This document shows positions 24,713 to 35,831 of a stretch of 64,000 bases of DNA, piece after piece. Each line of letters begins with the position of its first letter. The first letter of the stretch is position 1. The notes under the pieces are model-generated. The model did no database searches. It was not told the DNA's origin and saw only the letters and a list, made by a program, of their open reading frames with translations. A program made the translations under genes and the position numbers. The stretch comes from Narcine bancroftii. Its lineage: Eukaryota. The stretch spans positions 69,936,001-70,000,000 of the forward strand of contig NC_091481.1 in NCBI RefSeq assembly GCF_036971445.1, read 5' to 3'.

Positions 24713-25204
24713 GTCCACATTCAGCTGAAAAGCCCCGTTCGCCTCTTCCAGGATTCTCTCCTGGGTCTGTCCATTGGTTTCTAGAGTGTTCATGCGTGCG
24801 CGGTATAGCTGCTTGAATTTGTTCGCGCTGGTGATCCGGTCAAAGGTGAAGAATGCAACCCCTTCGCCAGTGCTTGGCAGCTGCAACGCTTTCTGGGCCA
24901 CCTTCTTCAGCGTCTGGCCGCCTGACAGGTCACCCAGATACCTGATGTAGGCGTGAGCAACCAGCAACTCAGGCTCCTTGCGCCCCACATGCTGGATCCG
25001 TGATACATATGTCCCAGTGGCCTTTGGACACTCAATGTGGCTCTTCCATTCTGGCCCATGGAAGTATTCCAGGTCCTGCTCCAAGGCTTCCTTACGGTTC
25101 AGCTCGGAGGGAAAGTGGATAGGGGCGAAGGCCGGGTGGTCTTTGTTCCGCTCAATCTCCTCTTCCAGGGCAGTGTAGATGAAGTAGAGAGAGTCAAGTA
25201 ACAG
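24713..25204 (-). CDS. HMOX1: HMOX1 exon 3a (492 nt), core of catalytic domain A
   Basis: cag|/|gtaag boundaries; heme oxygenase signature [17 protein letters not shown]; [10 protein letters not shown]. Confidence 0.97.
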
Positions 25205-25951
25205 CTGGAGTAGGAGGGAAGCAGAAGTCAGTGAACAAGGCCTGGCACACTGTTGGGGAACATCCTCATGAGGATGGAATGAGGCATGAGGGTGGAATGT
25301 GCACAGATTCAGGGCAGAGGGTAATGGTATGGAGTGCAATGTTAAAGCAGACAGATCTTTTAGTGGTCCTGGAGTAGTTTACAATTGGGTAGTATGGGGA
25401 GGTTCAAGAACCTGGAAGCTTTAGGGGTTAAAAAAAATGGACAGTCCCAGTATTGAGATTGGGAGCTCATTCTTTGGCTATATTTCACATTGTCCTGCAC
25501 AGTACACTGAGATGATATGGAAATTAGAACATAAATCACTCTTCATCACGGGGGTCAGCAGTGGGAAGGGTCAAGAACTTAAAATTCTTGGGCATCAGCA
25601 TCTCTGAAGATCTGTCCTGGGGCCTCTTCCTCACGAAGAAGACTCATCAGCAGCTAAACTTCATGTTGAGTTTGAGAAGATTTGGTATGTCAAAGACTCT
25701 TGCAAATTTCCTCAGGTGTACTGTGGAGAGCATTCAGACTGGTTACATCACTCTTTAGTTTGGAGGTACCAACGCACAGGACAGGAAAAAGACTACAGAG
25801 AGCTGAAAACTCAGCAATGGACATCAGTATTCATTTCATCGAGGACATCTACAAGAGGTGGCGTCTTAAGAAAGCAGCCTCTATCCTCAAGGATCCTCCA
25901 CCACCCAGGCCATACCCTCTTCACTTAGCTACCATCAGGAAGGAGGTACAT

Positions 25952-26117
25952 AATGGACAAGAGGGGGGAGGTAGGGAGGGTGGGATGGGAGGAGGGTGGG
26001 ATGGGAGGAGGGAGGGTGGGTGAGAAAATGGCACTGTATATATTTGAAAGGAAAAAGTATGTATCATGGTTAATGTGGTTTATGGTGTGAAAAATAAAAA
26101 ATTAAATTAAAAAAAAA
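25952..26117 (+). mobile_element. L1 3' UTR tail inserted in a Rex1/Babar copy
   Basis: Same G-rich 3' UTR and poly(A) as 63490-63620; flanked by duplicated AGGAAGGAG. Confidence 0.8.
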
Positions 26118-26127
26118 GGAAGGAGAT

Positions 26128-26473
26128 TGTTAGGTCTGCTTTGTTCATGAATGAGTGAGACAAACACCAGGCTGAGTCGAAATCAGGGTTCTTTGTTCTT
26201 TATTACCGGATTGTAACACTTGCGACTAACCATGTTAGTCGGAGAATGCATTCTGCCGTTATCAGCAAAATGGTGATTTTTTATACCCTTGGATATGTGC
26301 TTAGAACATCATCATCTCATTACTTGTCCAATGACTAAAACTGTTGCTATCCTTTCCCTGCTAGCTTCCTGCCTCTCAATCCATCAATGTCTCTCTTATC
26401 TTGTAAGTACAAGGATGCATTCACATCTTGTTACAGCCCTGTACATTCCCATCTCATGATGTTTTACCTAACA
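26128..26473. mobile_element. Solo LTR (second family)
   Basis: Inverted termini TGTTAGGT...ACCTAACA; 4-bp TSD AGAT/AGGT with one mismatch. Confidence 0.7.
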
Positions 26474-26864
26474 AGGTACAGGGGCCTGTAGACGAACAGC
26501 CAAGAGTAGAAAAACAGCTTTTTCCCTTCTGATCAAACAATGAACCACAGACACTACCTAGTTTTTTTTTGCACTAATGTTTAAAATATAATTTAGAGCA
26601 ATATTCGCACCTCTAATGCTGCCATGAAACAATTAATTTCATGAAATGTTAATGGCAATAAATTCAAGATTCTGCATACGAAGTCTAAAAGTAATAATAC
26701 ACTGATCAGGGAACTGTCCACACTTGGTTTTTTACTGACCTGGTGTCTGTATTCTACAGAATAATTTGGAGGATTGGTTGCAATGCTTAATCACACAATA
26801 ATAGTTATTAATTAATAAAAATTGAATTTGATGGAACTTAATTCCTTTACTGCCTGCTTAACTA

Positions 26865-27280
26865 CAGGGCTGCGTGGTTAGCATAGCAGTTCTTCTTTCT
26901 TTGGCTTGGCGGACGAAGATTTATGGAGGGGTACGTCCACGTCTGCTGCAGGCTCGTTGGTGGCTGACAAGTCCGATGCAGGTCAGGTAGGCACAGTTGC
27001 AGCGGTTGCAAGGGAAAATTGGTGGGTTGGGGTTGGGTTTTTCCTCCTTTGTCTTTTGTCAGTTAACAGAACGCTATTACAGCGCCAGTGACCTGGGTTT
27101 GAATCCAGCGCTGTCTGTAAAGAATTTGTACATTTTCCCCATGTCTGCATGGGTTTCCTCCAGGTGCTCTGGTTTCCTCCCACCCTTCAAAACATTTGGG
27201 GGGTGGCTAAAGGTTAATTGGGGATTTAGGCAGCAAGGACTCATGGTCCAGAAGAGGCTGTTACAGTGCTGTGTCTAAAA
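26865..27280 (+). mobile_element. V-SINE-like tRNA-derived SINE interrupted by an RTE 3' end (26893-27062, minus strand)
   Basis: Box-B-like GGTTTGAATCC and V-domain TCCCCATGTCTGCATGGGTTTCCTCCAGGTGCTCTGGTTTCCTCCCAC. Related copies at ~5490-5890, 8080-8285, 42670-42860 and 54395-54800. Confidence 0.7.
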
Positions 27281-27889
27281 TCTAGAAACTACATCAGTGG
27301 CAATGTGAGGCACACAGATGCAATTAAAATGTCTCATCATTTGGTGATACAGAACTGGATGAGTTAACAGAGCACAAGAATCAGATGGATTCCCACCTCT
27401 GCAGCTATCAAACTTGTAGATTCAGGCAATAAACCCAAGATAAAAATATTTAGTATCAGTGATCTTGAAGAGGTTTGTTTGGCAGAATTAATACATCAGG
27501 GTCCTAAATACCCTTCACAGAAGGAAATTACTACCTCTACCCTCTGACCTGAAATGTGACTCTGGACTCCCACTGTGATCTCACCACTTCCTGAAACAGC
27601 TCAACAATCAAGTCAAGAGATCAGGGATATACTGCCTTCGATTTCTGAGCATAGTTAAACAATTGTCTGGTCCACAGCAAACTAAATATTGAACAGTGCT
27701 CTCCAGGTTATTAACAGCCCATTTGTAGTCACCCCAACATAAATGAGTGTTTGGGAGACCAGAGGAAAGGATTTGCTGGTTGCCATGGAGCTGCCTGCAC
27801 TTTCTGTAAGGTGGAAACAGGACGTCTTTTCATTCCTGCCCCTCCTCCACCCACCTTGCACCCAAACTGCAATCATCTGGGGCTGGGGT

Positions 27890-27945
27890 GAGCCAATCAG
27901 GGCTGGGAAACACAGAGCAGACACATCCTGAGTCACTGAGTCACT
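27890..27945. promoter_or_regulatory. Tandem AP-1 sites (TGAGTCA x2) plus a CCAAT box in HMOX1 intron 2a
   Basis: CCAAT at 27893-27897; TGAGTCA at 27929-27935 and 27937-27943. Confidence 0.45.
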
Positions 27946-28239
27946 CTTCCCTCTCAAGTTATAGCTGTGTCTGTGAAACTATCACACACTGCTCTCTCAT
28001 TTCCTTTATCAGTAGTTTTCAGGAATGAAAACTTGTAACCAGTTTCAAATGATTGGAGTGCTCCACAATCAAGTGGACAAAGTTGATAAGAGTTGTCTGG
28101 CCTTTAAAAACCACAAAATCTTTAAGCATGACTGAGGTTGCTCATTTTAACAGCTATTACCAGATAGAGGAGTGTTTTGTAGATGCCAGAGTCCAGATTG
28201 GAAATCCTTCATGACCACTATTTTGTACCAAGAAGATGT

Positions 28240-29010
28240 GATCTGCCAGGATGCAGTAGATAGGATAAGACTGGCTAACCTCTCACTCAATGCCACCAAA
28301 ACCAAGGAGCTGATTGTTAACGTCAGGAAGCAAAAACAAGGTGTGCATTGATTATTGGGAGATCAGAGGTGGAGATGGTGAGCAAATTTAAGTTCTTGGG
28401 AGTCACCATCTCAGAAGATCTTTCCTGGACCCAACAAACTAATGGCATTATGAAGGAGGAATGTCAGCACCTCCCTCAGGAGTTTGCAGAGCTTTGGTAT
28501 GACATCAGAAACCCTGGCAAATTTCTACAGATGTGTGGTGGAAAGTGTGTTGAAAGGCAGCATCACAATCTTATGCTGACACCAGTATCTGAACAGAAAG
28601 CAATGCAAAAGGCAGTGGACATAGTCTAGGGCACAGGCAAAACTCTCCCAGTCAAGAATATCCACAGGGAACCCTGCCATCAGAGCAGCAGCAACTATCA
28701 AGGATCCACACCACCCAGCTCATGCTCTGTTGTCACTGCTACCATCAGGAACAAGGTATAGGGGCCACAAGACTCACACCACCAGGTTCATGAACATCTG
28801 CTACCCCTCCACCATCAGACTCTTCAACAACAAACTCAATCAGGGACTCATTTAAGGTTGTGCACTTTGTTTCTTTTCCTTTCAGTTTACATGTGAACAT
28901 TGTTTTTTTTTGCACCACCAATAAGTGGTAATTCTGCTCCACCTGCAGGAAAAAGAATCTCAGGGTTGTATGTGATGTCATGTATGTACTTTGATAATAA
29001 ATCAGAAATC
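28240..29010 (+). mobile_element. Rex1/Babar LINE 3' fragment, representative of about 15 copies (e.g. ~4980-5470, 14400-15730, 22700-23235, 25540-26670, 33190-33630, 35090-35390, 36120-36445, 39285-39620, 44330-44727, 53368-53860, 54920-55770)
   Basis: Recurring degenerate peptide FKFLGV.ISEDLSW...YRCTVESILTGCI...AASI.KD..HPGH.LF.LLPSG.RY; short tandem (TCTGAT)-type tails. Confidence 0.75.
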
Positions 29011-30311
29011 AAATCCATCCATAGATGTTGGCTTTTAGACAAGATAGAAAAATGTAGTCTTGTCTGAAGTGGGGGGGTGGGAAGAATGTGATAATAAATT
29101 TTATTAATAAGGGTTTCTCCATGGAATCCATGGCTATATTGAGAAAGCAGACTATTGGGTCATTTAGTGCTGTGAGTGAGATCTTGCTGTGCACACATTT
29201 GTCTGGTATAATGGTGAGCACCTTTCAAATCTCATTTAATTGGCTGTAAATCAGATTATGAAAGATGTGATACAAAAGCTAATCTTTCCTCATTTTATAC
29301 CTTTGAGGAGTAGGGTTGTGACCCGATTTCTGTCCCCAATGTCTTATCCATCTTACACCAACTCTTCCCCAACTACCAACTCTCGAGAATAACTTATTTT
29401 TTTGCAAGCACCCAAGTCACTTAATCTGGTACACTGCATGATGGCAGGAGGGTTGGTAACTGATGGATACAGACTTGCTAATTAGTAAATAAGAATTTTT
29501 ATTTCAGGTACACACTGAAGAACATTAATGAGTGATAAATATTTAAAGAAGAAACATTTATATGGTTAGGACAATTAATCTAACTGAGGGGCTTTCTTGC
29601 AGCTATCATTGACGTGAAGGGCCAAATGGACTGCTTCAGCATTTGGAGATCCCAAGATTTTGGATATGGAACACGTTTAATTCTGGATGCATGAGATTAT
29701 GTTGAGACCATCAACTCCCATGAAAGATGCCCTTTGGTGCCCCAAAACCTGTTGATCTTTCAGCACATAGGTCAGTGAGGGAAGGCTGATGACTACATTC
29801 CAGATCACAAGAGTACATGCTTGGCTCAGACAACAAGGGGACTGTGGGGAAGGACCGAAGTCCAGAGAACTTCCATTACTGGGCAGTAAGTGGTTGAGAC
29901 CAACCGGAAGCCCCTCAAACAGGGAGTGGGCATAGCAACAAGGTGCTGCAGTGGTGCAAATAGAAAGTGTATGTAACGGATGAGAATGTATGGATATGAC
30001 ATTAAGGGAACAAATAAACCAAATGGCTTTTTGCAAGTTTATTGTGAATAGAGCCTTTTATTTTAAAAAAAACAGAATTTATCATCATGAACAGTCTCAA
30101 AATTTGTTTTGTGTTACAGTGCAAATAATGCTACAAATTAAATTTAAAAATAAGTTAGTGCAAAAAAGGTACTGTCTGTGGTTCATTGTCCATTCATAAA
30201 TCTGATGGCAGTAGAGGAAAAGATAAAGAGATTCTCAGGAAAAATTCCATCTCACTTGAACCTTGTGATCTGGTGCATTTTGTTGCCAGATTGTCAAAGT
30301 TAGATACTTAC

Positions 30312-30432
30312 TGTAAACTGGTCTCGTGTGACCCGACCCTTCTGGAAGTTTCTCATAAACTCTGAGTTTTCAGCTAGTTCGTGTGACTCCTTCGTGGCCA
30401 GTTTCAGAGCCTCTGACAAGTCCACAGGCATG
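30312..30432 (-). CDS. HMOX1: HMOX1 exon 2a (121 nt), [41 protein letters not shown], with the proximal His
   Basis: tag|/|gtaag boundaries; DLSEALK..TKE.H..AEN motif with the His25-equivalent. Confidence 0.95.
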
Positions 30433-31129
30433 CTAGGACAAAATGGTTAATTACATCAGTAAAGAATCCACAGGGAGGGACCCTTAATGAACACTTCCCT
30501 AGCCATGACAGGATGAGCTAACAAGGTAAGCAGTCAGTAGGGGAGGTATGTGGGTGTTTGCAGTCAAGAATGCAATGCCTCTGAAATCCTGACAGAGGAA
30601 GATTAGATTTTCTAGATTAATCTCAAAACAGGAGGTTATAATAACTTTAAAAATTGCACAATAAAAAAATGCAGAGTCAAAAAGCTACATAGTTTAAAAA
30701 TGGGCCCTTCAGACATTCATTCATCTATGCTGACCAAGTTGACTATCTGAGCTGCTCCATTATGCCTGAATTTGGGCATTACCCCACTAATCCTCTTATC
30801 AATGTACTTGTCCAAATGTCTTTCAGATGTTGTAATTATACCCACCTCTACCACTTCCTCTGAAAGCTTGTTCCATATACATCTTGATGTTCATATCTGA
30901 ACAGTATTACCATTGTTTGAAAAAACCTGAGCAAACTACAAGCTTGTCACTGAGCAAAGCCATAACCACTGCAGAGGAGGCTGTCCATTCAAATAGTAGT
31001 TGCCTGAACCAGAGTGTGAAGGTATCACTCCCATTCTGTTCCTGCCTCCTGTCCACTTTGACTAAAATGGTAAATAGGGCTCCAAGCTCATTCAAACTCC
31101 CAGCTTGTAACCTGCTCTAGTTCTTCCAC

Positions 31130-32560
31130 GCACACCCCTCCCCCCCACACCTGTTCTAATCCCCAGTCCACCTGCCCCACTCTAATCCCTGGTTTCCCCC
31201 TGTTGTAATCCCCAATTCTCTCCTCCCCTCCATTCTAAACACCAGGCCACCCAGTAACCTTATTTCGCCTCCCCCCCCCACCCCAACCATTACTTCTCTT
31301 TCCCTCCCACTCTAATCTTCATTTTCCCACCCCCTCCACTCTAACCACAAGTCCACCACCAGTTCCCCCTTTCGCACAACCAGTAAACTGCAGTAACTCC
31401 CCCTTCTCTAACCCCTTCATTACCTCCCCCCACACACTACCCACTGGTTACCCCTCTACTACAAACCTTGGTTCTTCCACTCCCTGTCTCTCACCCCTCT
31501 CCACTCTAATCCCATTCTCTCCCCCTCACCACTCAGGATTCCCTCCAGACCACCAACAGTTCTTATCCCCAGTTCCTCCCATCTGCTGCAATCCCAGTTC
31601 TCTCAATCCCAGGTCCTCCCCTTCTGTTCTAACCCCCCCCCCCTCTGCCCACAACAACCCCAGTTTCATCCACCCCCACTCTATTCCCCAATTCTCCCCT
31701 TTTCTAACCCCTGGTCCACCAGTTCCTTGCCTTCCCCCCTCCATTTTAATCCAGTTCTCTCCCACCCCACTCTAATCCCAGGTATATTCCCCTGTTCTAA
31801 TCCCAGTGTCTGCTCTACTTTATTCCCATTTCTCCCCCCCCCCAACTAATTCCCATTTCTCTTCCTATTCTAATCCCAGGTCTCCCATGTTCTAACCTCC
31901 CAGTCTACCCACCCCACTCTAACCCTCAGGTCCGTCCCCCCCATCCTAATCACCACACCTCCCCATGCTCTAAACCCCTGTCCCTCACCCAATCTCAAAT
32001 TCCAGGTCCCACACCCACCATTCTAACCTGTCTGCAGACCTCACTCTAACCCCTCATTACCCACTCCAAACCCTAGTTCTTCTCTGCTCCAAACTGCATT
32101 GGTTCTAACTCTTTGTTCTTCCCAGCCCCAATCTCTTTTTCCCCCTCCCTGCTCAAAGCCCCATTACCCCAGTTTCCCCCACTGCCTCAAATCCTGGTCC
32201 CCCACTGCCTCAAATCCTGGTCTCCCCCCCCCCCCCCCCAAGCTTCATGGCTCCTTGCTATAACCTGCCATTTCTTCCCCCAACCCCCCGGAAACCCTGG
32301 TTCCCCTCTGCCTTAACCCTCCCCACCCCCCTGCAATAACTCTGGGCATCCCACCACCTGCTTATAACCCTAGGGTTCTTTCTCTCGCCTCGCTCCCCTC
32401 CCCCCTAACCCAGGGATCTCTTCCCCAACCTGCTCTAACTCATCCCTCAACTAATCTTTTACTCCTCATTCCCCCCCACAGCTCTAAACCTCCCAACAGA
32501 TAATACTAGTTCTCACTCGCTGTTCCTCCCCCCCCTCCCGCCCGCTCTAATCCCAGTTTT
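31130..32560. repeat. C-rich degenerate minisatellite (CTCTAATCCC / CTCTAACCCC motifs) in HMOX1 intron 1
   Basis: Dozens of tctaatccc/taaccc motifs with C runs; G-rich on the transcribed sense strand. Confidence 0.75.
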
Positions 32561-32611
32561 CACTCCTTACATTCTCAAATTTCTGATGCTTTTGCCTTTT
32601 TTTTCCCCTAC

Positions 32612-32649
32612 CTTTTACTGTCCAAGGGCTTCTCTGCTGAGGATATCAT
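32612..32649 (-). CDS. HMOX1: Heme oxygenase 1 exon 1 (38 coding nt), MISSAEKPLDSK, phase-2 donor
   Basis: ATG at 32649; donor AAG|GTAGGG; phase matches exon 2; TATA-like element about 80 nt upstream. This N-terminus is poorly conserved, so the call is less certain than for the other exons. Confidence 0.75.
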
Positions 32650-32719
32650 TCTCCTTTCCACTTGTTCCTCCCAATTTTCCGACTACTTGTTCAATCTTCT
32701 GCTAAAAAAATGGTTTGTT

Positions 32720-32810
32720 CGACTGCCTTTTATCTCCCTCTCGGATACAATGACACGCTGAGGGGTTGTCCTTGTTGGCGAGTCCCTCCCATCACTCACA
32801 TGACACTGCC
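32720..32810 (-). promoter_or_regulatory. HMOX1 proximal promoter: TATA-like GATAAAAG (32727-32734) and E-box GTCATGTGA (32796-32804)
   Basis: Motifs lie at plausible spacing upstream of exon 1. Mammalian HMOX1 also has a TATA-like element and E-boxes. Confidence 0.55.
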
Positions 32811-33880
32811 GACACAATGAGGCACCACAAAAAGGGAGTCTGACTTTATTTCCTTAGGGCCTTTCTACAGTACCGAGGGAAGGCACCAAATTCGCCTCAT
32901 TGTTGGTCTTTCACCTCCCTCCTGCGTCTGCCAAAATTCTGCCATTGCTAATTACGTAGCGAGTAGCAGCCCACGCTGTCTGAAATGTAACCCTTTGTGA
33001 TTACAATCCATTCAGATGAGTGGACAATGGAAACTCACAGCCTACCTCGGGAACTTCAAGCGAGATAAAAATTGTAGTTGGATTAAATTGTGAAACTGAT
33101 GCTCTCTTGAAGTTTAGTTCAATTGCACAAGTACAACTTGATACACACTCGGGACAAATATAGATATATAAAAATGAATAAATAAACATGGTTCAGTAAA
33201 TATTAGTCTCAGATGGTTAGTATGAGCAGCTCCTTTGATTGTTCAGAATTCTCACTGCCCGCGCGCGGGAAGAAGCTGCTACTGATACTCCTGTGTTTCT
33301 TTCCCGCCTGGAGGAGCTGAAAGATGCTGTGTGTGAGGTGGAAGGGGTCCTCAACGATTTTGCATGCTATCTTCAGACAACGATCCTGGTAGATCATTTC
33401 GATGGGGGGGGGGGGGGTGTGCGAGGGGAACCCCAGTGATCCCCTGCTGTTCTTATGATCCAATTGAATCCAATTCTCTGCGGCAACCGTACCACACTGT
33501 GATGCAGCCGGCTAGGATATTCCCAAAAGAGGTCTTGTAGAAGGGTGACAAGATGGTGGCCGGTAGCCTTGCATGCTTCAGTCTTCTCAGGAAACGCAGT
33601 CGCTGTTGCACCTTCCTGACGAGGAGATGTGAGTCCATGAGTGTTCCTTTGCAGGGCAGGATGGGGAGGTGAAGAGAGTGTGGCTGAGGTGGGATGAATC
33701 TTTTAATATGTTCCAAGGAGCAGGAGTTATAGATGGAGTTGATAGAGCAAGGGGTAAGCGTGTGTAAGACGGACTAAGTCATCTTCATAGGCCTCTGCGT
33801 TTTCTTGTGACTTGGGTGGAGCAGTTCCCATAGAGAAGCAAGGAGATGCTAGAGTCCCATGCTGGTCAGGTTCTCTAGAG

Positions 33881-34122
33881 CAGCCATTCCCAACCTTTTT
33901 TTTGGCTATGGCCCCCTGAGGACTCTGTTCATGGTTTATGGGCACCCTTCCCTGTGAAGCAGTCATTTTGTTTTTTTCAGTACTTCTCTTCTACCAATGA
34001 CATAAAAAGGTTACATTTTTTAATGTTACTTGAGGTGAAAAGAAAACAAGGCTTTTACTTATTGTGCTGTAGTCCCCAGAGTGGGGGAGGAGGAGGTGCA
34101 TAGGGCCCCTGTCGAGTGGCTG
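33881..34122. mobile_element. hAT-Charlie-like MITE
   Basis: TSD CTCTAGAG/CTCTCGAG; TIRs CAGCCATTCCCAAC / GTCGAGTGGCTG. Confidence 0.7.
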
Positions 34123-35831
34123 CTCTCGAGGACAGTAGCCAATAGATGGGTTCTTTCAGAACAGGGCAGAGACATAGCCAAACACAAGAAAATGGAACCA
34201 GGTCAGGAAGGGAACTTGGTTTTCATGGACCTTTTGGACAAAGAGCCTGTTTCTATGACTTTGTGACACATCATCTCCTCCTCTTCCAATCTTCCTCTCC
34301 TTCATTGTCCTTTCTGCTCCTTCACTGACCCAATCACTCCAGCTAATTCCCCATTCCCTAACCCCCTCCTCTAATTATCCTCTCCCTTTCATACCCCCTT
34401 CTTCTTTGCTCCCAATTTCCTTCTCCCCAAACACCCTGTTATTCCATCTTGTTCTGTCCTTCCAGCTCCCCTTCCACTCATGCCCTCACTCTTCTCATTA
34501 CCCTCCCCCCTCCACAACTGCTCATTCCCTCTCCCTTCAATTCCATCATCTCCACTTTCCCATCATCTCTGCGTTACTCCCTCACAGTGCTTTCACCTCT
34601 TTTATTCTCCATAAACAAGGCAAAGGAGGAAATGTTTCGGGTTCCAATTATATGTAACAGACATGTAGATCACAGAAACAGGCCCAATGTCCATGCCAAC
34701 CAGTATGCCTACCAGAGCTAGTCCTATTTGCCTGCGTTTAACCTATAGCCCTCTAAACCATTCCTATCCATGTAGTTATTCAAGTGTCTTATCAATGTTG
34801 CTGTTGTTGTGCCTTCAGTAGCTCGTGTAAAAGATTTAACATGAGGCTTAATTCTAAGGACCCCACTGCAGGTACTGGCAGGATGTCTCCACCCTCCACC
34901 ATGTTGTTACTCAGATCCCTATAAATCAAGTTGAAGTTTATTATTATCAGCCAATTGTAGAGTACAATTGAGTGAAACAGCATTCTTTAATCCTCGGAGA
35001 AAAACCTGAAAACACATTTTGACATAGTACACATATTTACAAGCGATTTATATGCAGTACATATATAAAGATAAATAAATAGAAATCTCAGAGGGATTGT
35101 ATGAGTTCATCAGTCATTCAGCATTTTCACTGACCATGGGAAGAAGCTGTTCCTCAGCCTGGTAATGCTGGCTCTGATATTCATGTACCTCTTTCCCAAT
35201 GGGAGTAGCTGAAAGATGCTGCATGTGGGGTGGTAGGGGTCCTCAATGATTTTGTGAGCCCTCTTTGGACCATGTCAATGGGGGAAAGGGAGACTCCAGT
35301 GATCCTCTATGCTACTCTTATGGTCCTGTGGATTGACCTCTGATCCAGTGCTCTACAGCAACCGTACCACATTGAGATGCAGTGGCAGAAAGGCTAAAAG
35401 AAGAATTCTGCTACAGGTTGGAAAACTGAGTAAATTAAATGAAAAGAAAACAAAACCCCACTGCGACTGCACCAACAGAGTAAAACATTGGCAAATGAAA
35501 TAGAAAGTCTGAATTCCCACCCTCCATCTCCAGCTGGTCACCCACCAGGGCCCTTTGTCACCATCTATTCAGAAGCTTGCTACCGTTCTCCACCTCACTG
35601 AGCAAGCCTTCTGTGAAGACCATTGTTTCCAGTCTGATCGCTGGTCCCTTTGCTTCTTCAATGGGTTCTATGACCTTTCATCTTCAATCCAACCCACACT
35701 AATGGAATGAAAGGCTCTTATCCACCCCCCATCTCTAATCCTCCGACCCTGCATCCCATCGCCAACTCTCGCACAGTTAAAACCACAGGAGCAAAATACT
35801 GCTGATGCTGGTAATCTGAAACAAAATGGAA

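Noticed and set aside
20016-25204. Duplication as an assembly or haplotype artefact
   Set aside because: The copies differ by about 10% (exon 3) to 27% (exon 2) and have different intron insertions, far beyond allelic divergence.
27068-27125. tRNA gene (box-B-like GGTTTGAATCC)
   Set aside because: It is the head of a tRNA-derived SINE followed by a V-domain; no cloverleaf is evident.
17670-32649. Two independent tandem HMOX1 genes
   Set aside because: I found no transmembrane exon after 4a and no recognisable exon 1 or promoter before 2b, and the phase-2 donor of 4a fits 2b exactly. This reading is disfavoured but not formally excluded, since exon 2b contains its own ATG.
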